Numbered from the whole stretch's first letter, positions 22,726 through 34,873 are shown. The stretch: 44,124 nt of DNA, filler included, from Sphacelaria rigidula (GCA_964200075.2; 2 parts of 2 records of this genome joined end to end with filler, not necessarily neighbours in it), one strand, 5' to 3'. Made by a program: numbers and translations. The notes: generated by a model from the sequence alone, not told the origin.

Positions 22726-22873
22726 CCCTGTCCACCCCGTCCTCCCACTCACCCACCCACCCCCGCGCCCCCCTGCCGTAGTCCATCAACCACGTAAGAC
22801 CCGGCTATTTACTTGATGATCGCTCATATACGGATCCGTACGGCCGCACCCAATTCCTCAAATCTACTGACAG

Positions 22874-23629
22874 CGTCCTCTCCCGGAGAGTACAGCGACA
22901 AACACAGGACAGCTCCCGCCAGAGGTGGTGGAAGGCGTAAGCCTGGACCACGGCGGCAGCAACGGGGGCAATACGCCGGGTGGGGAGCAGGTGGCTGCCA
23001 CTCAAGACAAAGCCAAGGGCCTGACACGACTGCACTCCGATCTCGGTAGTGTCGTCGGCGAGGAAGAAAAGGGCAATTCATCGTCGAACAGGCGGAGCTC
23101 CCTCGTACACCAAGTTGCTTCTGTTCGGGGCAGGGATAACGAGTCCCGGGGAGTGAGAATCGGGCAGGAGGTCAAGCAAGACGGGATATTTCATCCATTC
23201 CAACACTCAGCACCACCTCCGCCGCCGCCGCCGCCGCCGCTGCAGGATGAGGTTCAGGGTGACAGCGGCACTACCCATAACGGTGCGCCAGCACGGCTAG
23301 GGCGGGCACGAGTGAGGGAAGATGACCTAGGCACAGAAAGACGACGGCGAGAAACGAGGGCGGAGTTGATCTCTGTGCCCTCTTCGACCCCGTCAGAAGC
23401 GGCACCCGTATCAGCGCGAGCGGCGGCGGCAAGTTGTGGGCTAGGGGACAACAGCGGGAGGATATGCGGCGTCCGCGATGGGGGTGAAAGGAGGAAATGG
23501 GGTGCGAAACAGGCCCGTATTGCGTTGCAGCTCTGGTGGCCGTTGCTAGCAGGGCTTTCGGGAGGAGCTGGAGACCCGAGGTTGGATTGTAGATCGGCGG
23601 CGCTCTCAACGCTGCAAGATGTGCTCCAG
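22874..23629 (+). CDS. Sec7/BIG-type ARF guanine-nucleotide exchange factor, C-terminal (HDS) region, first visible exon (5' partial)
   Basis: CTGACAG| acceptor, open frame to CAG|GTGAGA. Ends in LQLWWPLLAGLSGGAGDPRLDCRSAALSTLQDVLQ, matching the BIG/Sec7 HDS motif W.P.L.GLS....D.R..vR..AL..LF..L. Confidence 0.75.
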
Positions 23630-23963
23630 GTGAGAAGGGGCAGTTTCGCAGGTATCCGTCGGTAGTTTCATCACGTTGGGAAAACGAATTCTGAGGTTAT
23701 GCTGCGGCGTCCACTTCGTCGCGTTTCAGCAGAGGCATGCGCGACTGATACACGCGCGCTTCTGAGTATTCTCCAGCTAGTCTGAGTTGTGGAAAACACC
23801 CTCAATATCAAAATCCACACGTCACATCAGATTCCGTACGCAATGCGGACACGTTTGTAACAGTGCCAACGTGTGTACCGGTGTGTGTGCAAAGGTTTAC
23901 TGCCAACAACCACGCTCGTATCGAAGTGTCCTCCCACCCTTCCGCTTCTCCGCCGCCCCACAG

Positions 23964-24830
23964 GAATTTGGATCGTCACCGGAATTCTCTGTGCGTGTGT
24001 GGCCATTTTTGCTGTCACGCGTGCTCCTTCCGGCTACATGGCACGCCGAGCAGGCGCCCGCCAGCGTCGCTCCTCCTCCGGCGCCGGCTCCGCCCGCCCG
24101 TCACCATCCGACCCCGCCCTCAACGCCCTCAGCCCACCGACGCTCCGCGGCGGCGTTGACAAACACCAGCTTTCACAACAGTAGTCTTCACCACTCCGCA
24201 AACAACAGCACGCACTCTTCGGTAGGTTTCTCTTCGACTGCTGTCGGCGTCTCTGTTTACAAGGGAACGAGCAGCTCGTGCTTGACGCACCCGTCATCAC
24301 CACCGTCAGCATTCGTGCTGCCCGCGGCGCGTGGTGTTTTCCCGCTCGACGTTACGTCCTGGGTGCACACGACATTACCACAGCTTTTCAGGGCAGCCGC
24401 CGTGGTGATCACCGCAAATTCCTCTTCGGCCGCCCCGTTGGGAGTTCCTACCCTCCTGGCGTTCATGAAGCCGCACGTCTGCTGTTGCCGCGTCGCCAGC
24501 TGTCGCCGACAGCGCTCACCGGCGGTTGCACCAGCAAGCACGGCCACAGGGGTGCCAGAGGTGGGGGCGGCTGGAAACCGGGCTGCTGTGGGATCAGGGC
24601 ATGTGTCGAGTGTTGAGGGAAGTTTGCGGCCGGATGATGTTGATGGATCCGAGAGGAATTCAGGCGCTGCTGTGGAAGATGACAGGGTAGTGAAGAAGAC
24701 GGATATGGAGGCGGCAGCGGCGGCCGGTGCAGCGGTTGCGGGAGAGTGTGGGAGCACGGGAGATCAGTTAGTGTCGCGTGTGGCGCTCGAGGCCCTCGGG
24801 TTGCTGGTAGAAGGACTGGCTACACATCAG
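23964..24830 (+). CDS. Sec7/BIG-type ARF-GEF C-terminal region, exon
   Basis: CACAG|GAA acceptor, CAG|GTAGGG donor, phase 0/0. Contains EFG...FSVRVWPFLLSRVLLP, SWVHTTL and LVSRVALEALGLLV. Confidence 0.75.
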
Positions 24831-25045
24831 GTAGGGCTCATGCCGTCCACTCCGTGAACTTTAGTGTCGTCGATTTGTCTTGGTGCTGGCCTATTTTATC
24901 CTGTCCCTGAAATCTCAACCCGTTGACAGGGTCAGATGCGCGCGTGTGTCTCCTGCTGGCTACATCGTCGAAGATCCCTAAAATGATGATTACCCCCCAT
25001 TATGTCCCCCCCCCTCCGCCCGCACACTGTACATATGGTTGTCAG

Positions 25046-25671
25046 ACTCCTCCGGAGGTCCTCACTTGCTTGTGTAGCTCACTTGTCGGGATGCTGCGAA
25101 GTTGCTTGCCCGACAGCTTCGGCGCAGCGGGGCGCGTGTATGATGCTGAATCTCCCACACAAATACCGCGAGCGGGTGGTGACATCGAGAGCGTAAGTAG
25201 CAGCAGCAGCAGCGACGATGAAGATGGCGATGAAGGATGGGGAGAAGGCTCGCGCAGCTCTGTTGGAAGGCGAAAACGGCCGCCGGCGATGACGTTAGAC
25301 TCAGCTGCTTCGAATAATACTTTCGTTGATTCCGGCACACAACAACAGCAACAACAACACCAAGGACCCCCAGTAGAAAATTGTGAGGAGATTCCGCAGC
25401 AGCATGAACAACCGTCATCTGCGTTGAATGCAAAGCCTGCGTTGTCGGTAGATAAGGACTCGGATACGAAAATCGACGCGGCGCGGACGGTGGGAAGGTT
25501 AGCGGCGGCCCTGCGTCTGCAGCGACTGTTGTACGGGGTGGCGAGGGCCAACCTACGAGCGCTCGGGGAAGGACAGACCCGGGTGGTGCTGGACGGACTG
25601 TCGGCGGGGTTGCAGTACGCGCGGGCGTTTCAGGGGCGATGGGAGTTGAGGACGACGCTATTCCAAACAGG
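25046..25671 (+). CDS. Sec7/BIG-type ARF-GEF C-terminal region, exon
   Basis: GTCAG|ACT acceptor, GG|GTGAGC donor (phase 2). Contains LQRLLYGV...LDGLSAGLQYARAFQGRWELRTTLFQTG, matching the BIG motif FA..FN....LR..L...G. Confidence 0.75.
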
Positions 25672-25970
25672 GTGAGCATGTTGACGCCGTTATATGCAAT
25701 ATCGTGGCGCTGAGAGTGATGAGTCGGCTGCCACGTTCGATGTGTAAATTGGTGTCGCAATCGTTTACCAGAATTGCACGTGAGCTGGTCACAACACAAG
25801 ATGAGGCGCTGCCGGTGTTATCTGTTGCCCGTCGGTTCTTGCTGCGGTCTATGCTTTTCTTGACTGCTAACTTGCTCCATGTATCCCTGCCCTAACAATG
25901 ACTAACAACCATTCAACAGACGCTGTTCCACTTGCTATAAGCTTAGCCCCGACCCCCCACCCGGCTGATG

Positions 25971-26162
25971 TATTAGGAGTAGAGGCGGTGCTCCGTCTCG
26001 AAATGGATACGGATACGTGGTCAATGGTCGAATGACTAAGGCAAGCAACGAATGAGTAACTACACCCATCCCGCCCCCCCACCGTGCTCCGTCTCGAAAG
26101 GGATGCGTGGTCAATGGTCAAACGACTAAGGCAAGCAACAAATGAGTACGCCCCGCCCCCCT
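25971..26162 (+). mobile_element. Two tandem extreme-3' LINE tail fragments in an intron of the Sec7/BIG-like gene
   Basis: 25971-26062 and 26082-26150 match LINE 21757-21845 (GTGCTCCGTCTCGAAA...CGACTAAGGCAAGCAACAAATGAGTAC). Confidence 0.85.
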
Positions 26163-26195
26163 CCACCCGGCCGATGTCCCTATAAATCAAAACAG

Positions 26196-26963
26196 CCGAC
26201 TCATCCCGAGGAGCGGCCCGGGTTCGGGCGAGCTGCCGCACTTGCTAGAACAAGAAAGCGAGGGTCTGTGCTACACATTTGCCATCTGCTTCCGGTTGCT
26301 GGGGGTGCGATGGCCGACTCGAGCGCCACCTGTCGCCCCCGCCGCCGACGCGAAGACAACATGCGAAAAAAGTGCCACCACCTTTGCCACAGCAGCAGAG
26401 ATGAGAAATATCAATGGCAGAAAAGCCTCTGCTTCTGGAACAGCCGACACTGCCGATTCCATCGCGTCCTCGCCAATAACCACTACCCTGTGGCCGCACC
26501 CACGAGCGTTTGACACAAACGTACGGGCACTTTTCAACTCAGCACCCACGGTGGGATCTACAGCGGCCGGACACGGGTCCTACAGCAACCAAGCGACACG
26601 GCGAGCGCCTCGTCGATCACGCTCGGACGCATCGGCATCAGCGGTAGCCGCGGCAATCAAGCGAGGCCTTTATGCTTCGACGGGGGGGAGCGGCAGTGGG
26701 GGCGCTACAGGTAGGTCAGCATCGGCTTCTTCTGGGCCAGTGCTAGTGGTGGATGACTTGTTGGAGTGGAGCGGAGAGGGCGACGCGGGGCCGATAGGGG
26801 ATGGAGCTGGTGGGGGTGATGGAAAGGATGCGGAAGGCCATGCAGAGCGGGGTGGTGGTGCCGCTTGGGACGGGACTGGGCTTGCCCGGGAGTATCTGCG
26901 TGCTGAGGGAAGCGTACTATTGAGCAAATACTTTCAGACTGACGGGGAGGTTCAACGGGCAAG
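26196..26963 (+). CDS. Sec7/BIG-type ARF-GEF C-terminal region, exon
   Basis: AACAG|C acceptor completes Gly. Contains ELPHLLEQES (BIG motif PnLL.QE). AG|GTGAGC donor (phase 2). Confidence 0.75.
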
Positions 26964-27567
26964 GTGAGCAAAGCTAGGTCAAACAAGAGGTGTGGGGAGT
27001 TTTCTTCGCTGTATGATGTGGAGTAATGAATTCCGAATCTCCCTCGAAGAAGTTTACTACGGAGTTTCCCGTTTGAGTTTTCATCACCTAATGCCTGACT
27101 GGTGGTGCTTTTGTCCGAGAGGGGTTTATTGCTGAGTTGTCTCAAGTGAACCCGGTCTCTACTGTACCCCTAGCCATAGTGTTGTCGAATATCAACCTTG
27201 CGAATACCCAATTGCCGTTACCTGCCCCGGCGCTCGCTGCTGTGGTTCGCGACCGCAGTGCCGCTCTCATGGCCAAGGCGAGGGGGTGGGTGGGTGAGGT
27301 GGGTTAGGTGGGTGAGTGCGGCAAACAGAACATATGCCACGTGTGCAGTAACGTAACGTTCCATCGCCATTGCCGCTGTCTTGCTAACATGTGCGGATAT
27401 TTTGCAGGATTAAAAAGGTGCTCAACTGCCACCTTTTTGGTCCTTGGCAATTGGTATACCGTGCCACCGTTTCTCGAAAATCGTGCAGGGTAGATAGAAC
27501 ATACCTCGCGGTCGTCCGCCTCCCCCCCAACCGCCTTCCCGTTGCCGCATCGTTGCACACGCTCTAG

Positions 27568-28261
27568 GTTCGAGGAAGGCGATGACGAACTGTGGACCCT
27601 GAATGAAGAATCCGCGACCTCTCCACACTCGATGCCGCCGCCGATGAGCCCAGCCCACACTCCTACACCCACGCGCAGGAGCAGCGCTTCGCAGTTTGGG
27701 TGGGACAGGGACAGTGAGGTCGGTGTGCCCGCGTCGCCTTCGGCACATCGGAATGCGTCCTCGCTTCAGCTGTGGCCACGAGGAACTGGCAACAGTAGTC
27801 ATGGTAGTCAGAAGCATCAGCCTGTGCCGCGAACTCCCAGCAAACGTAACCATCATCAACAGCTGGGCCGTTTGGGAGGAGGGGGCACTGTGCCAGGTGG
27901 GGGACTGGTACGGCGGAGGGAACCGGATTTTTTGGCTACCATGGAATCTGAGATTCGGTACCTCACGCCACCCCTGCTTCTGCTACTGCGAGGTCTTTTG
28001 CACATGGAACCTGGTTCATTTGCAAAGGAGGCAAGCTGGGTGTACCCTGCCCTCGCCGATCTTGTCGTCGTTAGGAATTTAGAAGTTCGAGCAACTGTGC
28101 GAGAGCTATTGTGTTCACGTGTCGCCCATATTTTGACTGTTCCGGTGGCTACTGCCATCGTTACTGGCACGGATGATGGTTCGACAACACTAGCAATGCC
28201 CCCTTCCGCGTCCTTGCGCAGGGGTGGTGATGGTTCCCAGGCGGCTGATCACACCGAGTGA
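27568..28261 (+). CDS. Sec7/BIG-type ARF-GEF, last exon
   Basis: CTAG|G acceptor. Contains LLLLLRGLLHMEPGSFAKEASWVYPALADLVVVRNLEVRATVRELL, the typical terminal helix pair of BIG/Sec7 (F......YP.L..L......vR..l...f). Stop TGA at 28259-28261. Confidence 0.8.
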
Positions 28262-29396
28262 GTGTTGTCTTTGTATCTGGTCGATCGTGTGTTTCGTGTG
28301 ACTTTGCTTAATTTCATATTTTGTTTCTCTTATGTCTGCTTTTGTTTATGTTAGCAGGGAGTTCCGCGCTACCGATTTTCAGAGTATTCGTGTAGGCATG
28401 CCGCTTCCGACAGGGTTCGGCCCTGTCCTGTGTTTTTCTCAGGACTTTCCTCTAGCACCCCTCTGTACGCTTCTCGTGCACCGTAAAAATGCTTTCACAC
28501 GCTATGAGCCAGTAGGGACGTGGCGAAGGTGGATTTCTATCACCACAAACGGGAGCATGCGAGGGAATGCTAGCATAGGAAACGGGGGAAGGCGCCCGCT
28601 CTTGGATTGTTGTGGTTCTCTGCGAGACAGTGGTTCATTTTATTGTATTTATCTCTCGCCTCTTTATTGGTGAGTGCGGTCTGCACTAACTTGGAGGTAT
28701 CTGTCTGACACTTGAGACGCCCATGGGAGGGAGGGGAACAGCGTTCTTGACGCAAAACGTGGCTAGGCCGGCTAGAAATATCATGTTTTTTGTGTATTGC
28801 ATCCATGGGAGAGGCAAAGGGCACTACAGAATTTGACCCTTGATCGGCCCTGATGCAGGTGTCCGACGGAAAATGTCCATGCGCACGACATTGTGAGTCC
28901 GCGCTCAGAATAACGAAGGTGCCAGCAGATTCAATGTTCTGTGCTCTCAACCCATCAATTTCATGCAGTTTTGTAGAGTTGTACCCCCCAAGATAATGAA
29001 GCTAGATTAGGTGTATTACTACAGTGTAGTGTCGTGCAGCGGGTTGTGTTTGTTCTTGCATCGCGATGTAGAAGCATGTCAACAAAGATTATCAGTGGGC
29101 TGGGCATATCTTCGCATGTGCCTGATGGATCGACATGCAAAGGTCCTAATCGAGAAGTAGCTGCTCTGGAAGCAGGGTAGAACGGCAGGTGGCAGCCTGT
29201 TTGTACGCATAGCGTCCTGTCTACCGTCGTGTCAGTGTGTGTTTTTACTTCCTTTAAGCGCCGCTGTCGCAGTTAGGGGGCACAGACGAAGAAGAAATCG
29301 AGTGGATCGAACCCAAGGTACGTGTATCCGCTAACCACTCTAGCAATCCGAGTCCTACCCCATTACCAGTGCTGCTAGTTCGCTCCAATATTGTCA

Positions 29397-29583
29397 TCAT
29401 CGCGAAGTCGCGACATCGCCGTGCTTGTGATGTTGAGCAGCCATCATTTCCTTAGCCAGGGCCTCTACATCTTCCATCCTGAGCTGTTTCTTTTGCATGA
29501 GGCCTACGGGGTACTCGTCGAATGGAGGCTCGCCCGTGAACGATAGCTGATAGTTGGTCTCCCCGCCTTGTGATCCAGGCATT
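29397..29583 (-). CDS. C20orf85/CIMIP-like protein, exon 2 (protein ~122 aa)
   Basis: AACAG|A acceptor completes Arg (CG|A). Reads MPGSQGGETNYQLSFTGEPPFDEYPV...ATSR stop. Confidence 0.65.
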
Positions 29584-30237
29584 CTGTTTTCAATCGACGA
29601 AGAAAATTGCGCGGTACAAAAGTAGTGAGGGTATTTATGTTCGACTGGCTGTGACCCACCTATCCCGATAGACGTGGCTGTTTGGCGACAAGGTGTGCGA
29701 CTTGAGCTCTATTTCTGCGTCGATGGAAATTGTTCGTACAAACCCCCTTCCGTGTGGTCCCAAGCTACCACACGACAAACTTGCTGCACATATTTTGATC
29801 CTGTCAAGTGTACCACACGATACACTGTAAATAATGTCTACACAGCATACTGTATATACGCGCACGCGCCATGCGTGAACAACGATCGTTTGGCTCGACC
29901 ATCTCACTGGGTACGCACGTAGTCTCGCAGCAGTACTTATCTTGAGAGGTTGAAAGCATGAACTTACGTTTCTTTGCTTGATCTGGACAATCCGGACCGA
30001 CGGATGGACGGCGCGCAGAGCGTTAACCGCACACATATCGATTGGCTACACAACGGCGAAATCAAACCTCGCCTACGTTCTAGGCCGAGGTTTACATCCT
30101 GCTCCAGCTGATACCCATTGTCGGCTGCCACGAAACGAGAGCACCGCACCCCCACGATTATAATACAACAGCGCTGGACGGAACTGTGATACTTTGGAAT
30201 GCGGGAAACATCGATCGCGCACAAATTTCGCACCCAC

Positions 30238-30419
30238 CGCTGAAGCTTATCTTCCAAGCTGGCGATCTGTTGCTGCTGTGTGGTAGCCCCATCGAACAAG
30301 GACCCCCAGTTATCGCACCACACCTTCGCGACCTCGAGTTCAGACGTGACTCGCTGTTCCCAATTTTTCTGGTCCCCGACAACGTTAGTCTCTTGCTTTC
30401 GTGATACCTGAGCCGCCAT
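30238..30419 (-). CDS. Small C20orf85/CIMIP1 (LLC1)-like putative ciliary microtubule inner protein, exon 1
   Basis: ATG at 30419 reads MAAQVSRKQETNVVGDQKNWEQRVTSELEVAKVWCDNWGSLF...LEDKLQ, donor CG|GTGGGT (phase 2). The pattern N.V..d..W..R...E......W..NWG resembles the C20orf85/C2orf50 family. Confidence 0.65.
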
Positions 30420-30996
30420 AGTTTTGAACAACTCTTTAGTGCTCGGGTATTAGCTGCCAGATGAACCGTGTACCTTAGGCGCCCTAAACCCTGGTGTGTG
30501 ATGAGCTAATGGATTATATTTACCCCCAGAATACAGCTGTAGTGTTCTGCGTTGGCTGGCTGTGACTGGCTCACCGTCAGTGCGGAGCAACTGTGTTTAT
30601 ATGCGGAGAAATTAAGATCCTAACAGAAACAAAATTAACACGAAACGGAACACACTGCGGAGGAAATGCTACCCCGACGACCTCGCTGACAGTATGTGTC
30701 ACTCCAAAACCCCAGTAGCCTTGCTGCCCCGACCACCAGGCGAAGTGCTGGAGTGCTTGCACTAGTATGTCGATGTTGCGGCATTCCTTCCGTGCTAGAC
30801 CGTTCATACCCTGATGGCAGCTTGAACAACACGATTCCACAGCGTTGCGTGCATGAAGGAAGCAATACGTGCCCCATGCTTTTACCGGAGGAGGGTGAAA
30901 GGCACGAAGCGTGATATATACAGGGTAGTCCTCCCTGCAGCCACGCCTCAAACCTATCCCTCACCAATTGATACTGCCAAGGTTTTACACGTCAGT

Positions 30997-31244
30997 ATGG
31001 GCAACGCGGTTGGTTTTTTGTGGCCCTCGTCGACTGTCATTCCGTCCGAGGGGGGCGGAGTAAAGGAAGGAGGGATTGGCGGAGTTGCAAACAAGGGAGG
31101 GGGACCGGCCGAGGGAGTAGCATGCGCCGACGTTGGCAGTAGCCGACAAGCGTTGGAGTGTGCACACGAGCCGCCTACGAGCATCATGGAGGTGTTGCTG
31201 AATGCTTTGTATGCCATGGAGTTCCACAAGCACTTGGCGATGAC
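30997..31244 (+). CDS. Tandem RGS (regulator of G-protein signalling) domain protein, exon 1
   Basis: ATG at 30997 reads MGNAVG...SIMEVLLNALYAMEFHKHLAM, donor AC|GTGAGT (phase 2). Supplies RGS helices 1-3. Confidence 0.75.
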
Positions 31245-31550
31245 GTGAGTATTGTACCGTGGGGAGTACGCATGCCGACGGAACACGTGGAATCAGAGGA
31301 GTTGTGCTGATTGTTTTGTAGGGCACGAGCATCCTGGTGAATCTGACCCTGTCGGCGCCAAGCCGAACAACCATATCGCCTAAAGACATCGGTACAAAGT
31401 ATACTATAATTGAATATGTTCACCACAACACATGCTACTCGTGTAGAGGGGAAACGCACATTTTGTACCGAGAGTGGATATGGATCCCCGTGTTGTTTCA
31501 TGCCGGTCGTCGTGTGTGGGTGCTCGCCTCATGTCACAAAGTATGGAAAT

Positions 31551-32020
31551 GTTGCGCATGCAACAAGGGATTTTACAAACTGAGTATATATTTTTTTTCG
31601 AGGGTGAGAACCCGGAGAATTCAAATCTTCGTATCCACACCAAATCTTCGAAATATAGCTCCACTCCTTCACCTACTGGTAGTTATTGACAACTACTACA
31701 CGCCATACAAATTCGGATCATGATAACCAACACGTTGGGGTCCTAGGTGAAGACACAAATTTGGGGAATTTAGATGATCCGATCAGATCGCCGAAATTCC
31801 CCAAAAATGTTTTTTCACCTAGGACCCCAATATTTCGGTTATCGAAATCCAAATTTGTATGGCGTGTAGTATTGTCAATAACTACCAGCGAGTGAAGAGA
31901 TGAAACCATGCTGTATCTCGAAGATTTGGCGCGGGTACGAAGATTTTAGTTCTCCGGGTTTCTCATCCTTCATAAAAATCCATCCCCAATTGGTAAAATC
32001 CCGTGTTATGTACAGTGTAA
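31551..32020. mobile_element. Foldback MITE (~470-bp imperfect palindrome) in RGS intron 1
   Basis: Arms pair around ~31782, e.g. CTGGTAGTTATTGACAA / TTGTCAATAACTACCAG and TTGGGGTCCTAGGTGAA / TTCACCTAGGACCCCAA. Confidence 0.85.
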
Positions 32021-33192
32021 CACACCCCTACAGTCGCGTTGTACGTAATGATGGCTATGGCTCTTTCAGACCAGTACTGCCCCGCGGGTAGTTGGATGGC
32101 TTTCGCGCTCGCCAAGGCCTGTAGTGTTCTAAACGTGGCATTCGTCAGGTAGTAGCTGAAAGTTATCCACACACAAGTCCTGCAGTTCGTCGCAGGCAGG
32201 ACTGGTGAAATTGTGCTGTACTCTACCAACTACACATCCAGCTCTCGCCGCGCTTTACGCGACTACTGCTGTTGCACGATTCATGTAAAGATGACCATAT
32301 TGTACATGATAGGGTACTGCATGGCGACATGCCCCAACCCCCGCCATAGCCGCGCATGAATAGCAGGATGTACAACCGGCCGTGGACAACATGCCCAAGA
32401 ATAGGAAGTACTGCCATACATATGTAAACATCAGAGACTCTGATCGGCAGAATAACCAGGGGTGCATACCGATAGAAGTATAATCGACAGAATAACCGGG
32501 GGTGCCCGTAGACTCGAACCGGAGGCACACCTCTCCCCTTCTGGGATAAAGGTTTAGCACGACAGTAATGAAGCAATCCAGGGTTCAAATCACGGTCTCA
32601 TGTGGGAGGGGTTGGAGTCAGGGAAAAGTTTGTGTTTGTGCGAGCAAATGATGTGTGTATTATAGTCCGTACGCGCTGCACTGGGCTATTGGACCACCTT
32701 TAATTTCGTGTGAGAAACATGAATGGCAGCTTCTACATTGAATTCTGCTTTCAACTTCGCCTTAGCCACACAGCCGATCGCCCCGGCAATTCAGTTTGTA
32801 ATCTTTAAAACCTTTTGACGGTGAGATCGTGACTACGATCCTCGGTGATGTCACACAGGTGTTTGTTTTTCACAATATGCCCAGAAGTGCAAATTTCGCG
32901 AGAAAGCAATTTTCGACTGAACTATCGAATGAAAAGGGCGGTCGAACCCTTCTCGCGATAAAACATAAGGTGGCACCGCGAAAGAAAGATCACAGCGTCC
33001 CCTTTTCCCTAAAAGCGCACAGGTTCAGCAGATGATTGTAACTAAACGCTTTATACGTAATGAAATGTGGTACGAATGATCAACTGCTGTTGGATAGCCA
33101 CACTTCATAGGCACGCCAAAAATCATGAACCATACCTGCGACTTGATGCGGAGGCACAGCCCTCCTGCCCCCCCACGGCATCACCCCTTCCC

Positions 33193-33700
33193 TGAGGGTT
33201 GGCGTCGGTTGACAACGATGCTGTAAAACACGCCGCTCACTGCGTAAGCTAGGCAATCAGGGCACCGGGGCGTTTTTCGCTTGCGTCTCTGCGGTTACCA
33301 TAGTGTTGGTCGAGCTAGATCATATTCAGCGGGGTGGGGAACCTAAATCCCGCGTAAAGGGGATGATATTACTGCGTAGAATTCAAATGGTGAGACACCC
33401 CATGAGGCACTGTAACCCGTCGCTGCCTCGGGAAGTGGCGATACCAGAAAATGAAGCAACTCATTCGAGGCTGTCATCCACATGCAAGAAAATCGGTACG
33501 GTTCGGGCCGAACATTCTTAGCAGGATGCAGCGCATCCTTCATGCGACTCGCCGAATAAATCACGGCGCTTTGCGCTTGGTGATTGAGCGCGAACCTGGT
33601 CCGGTGAGAACCCGGCATGCTCCGTCCCGGCTTCGTAGGGGTTCGAGATCAATGTTCTTATGACTATGGCATGTAGAATCATGAGTACACCCCTCCCTCC
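33193..33700 (+). mobile_element. SINE-like repeat family A copy (intron 1 of the RGS gene)
   Basis: Near full length, ends AATCATGAGTACACCCC. Confidence 0.85.
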
Positions 33701-34544
33701 CCACGGCAGGAGAGGGGGGGTGATTTTCACCCTTTGGGCACTCGAAAGTTGAGTTTAAGAAAAACCGCACCAAGTCTATATTCGGTACCTCGGTTGGTTT
33801 ATATGTATTTCGCGTCTCTTTGCATAGTACCGTGCACCCTCTACTTCTATTACGCAAAACCGACCACCCTGCCCAGTAGCACCGTGTCGTACTGGCTGTG
33901 TGGATCACAACACGCGAAGTCGACAAGGATACCGGTAGGTGTCGCAAAATATACGGCCCCAACGCCTGGCGGGTTCATGACGATTGCCTGTGAAGATAGC
34001 AAGTCGGCACTATATGGCACTACGTGAAAAACCTCCATAAGAACACTCTTCGAAAGGTTGAACTACATAACGAGCCCATACCCATGGTCTCGGTTCCAAC
34101 TGTACAGTTAGTTTCGCGAGGTAGCAACCAGCTAGACATCCGGATGAGGTCTGGTGTGTGCGCGGAAGATTTCGTCAGGCTGCAGAAAGATGCGGTGGAG
34201 ATGTTGTTGGTTCTGTGATGCTCTGCAGTGCGGTGGCGTGGTGGGTAAATTTTGAGTAGTGGGACCCATTCCGTTCTCGGACTGAAGGAGGCCTCATGCG
34301 CAGCCCTTGTTGCCCGTGGAAGTGTATTAGTCCGTAGGCGCGCCCGAAAGTTCGTGAAAGTCGACTCCCCGTGCTGATGCCCACGCCGTGGTCGACCTTC
34401 CGTCGCGTAAGAATTGGATTTCGATCGATTTCAGAGGAGGCCGGAAGAAGCACGTACCTTTGTTTTGCCGATACCCACTTGTGGCTGAAAAGGGCGTGGG
34501 TCGACCCATTCTCGTCTATGCCCCTAGTATGTACTTTGTGAGCT

Positions 34545-34873
34545 CACTTCATCGCATAAAAATGGAAACTTTCACGCCGTTTTCTGAAGTTCGAGACTCT
34601 GAAACTTTGCGCACATGTTCTTTGGTTCATTGTGAAAGTTCTGATGTATGGGGTATTGCGATTGTTTTCACGGGTTCACGGGGTCCCAGAAGCGCATGTG
34701 ATCCCTCATGATCCTTGGATCCCCGATAGCCGGTGAAACAAAATCAAAAGACACCATCCTTCGAAACTTTCATCATGACCCATGCTATACGCATTTCAGA
34801 GTTTATCTCGAGAAATCGGCGTGAAGTTTTGCGGATGAATGAGTTTTGGGCGGTGAACGTGAACAATCCTGTA
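34545..34873. mobile_element. Foldback MITE related to the 4546-6058 family
   Basis: TTCACGCCG... / ...CGGCGTGAA arms. Right end GGTGAACGTGAACAATCCTG-TA. Confidence 0.65.

Noticed and set aside
18665-23629. Single fused gene joining the GHKL exons to the Sec7/BIG exons (same strand, compatible phase)
   Set aside because: They are separated by an artificial contig spacer, so the adjacency is an assembly artefact.
24257-28170. Many overlapping minus-strand ORFs of 80-245 aa
   Set aside because: Shadows of GC-rich Sec7/BIG exons, with no independent motifs.
34024-34218. Extra RGS-like exon (AEDFVRLQKDAVEMLL) within intron 1
   Set aside because: Exon 1 already joins 36835 in phase to give a complete RGS domain, and no convincing splice sites are present here.
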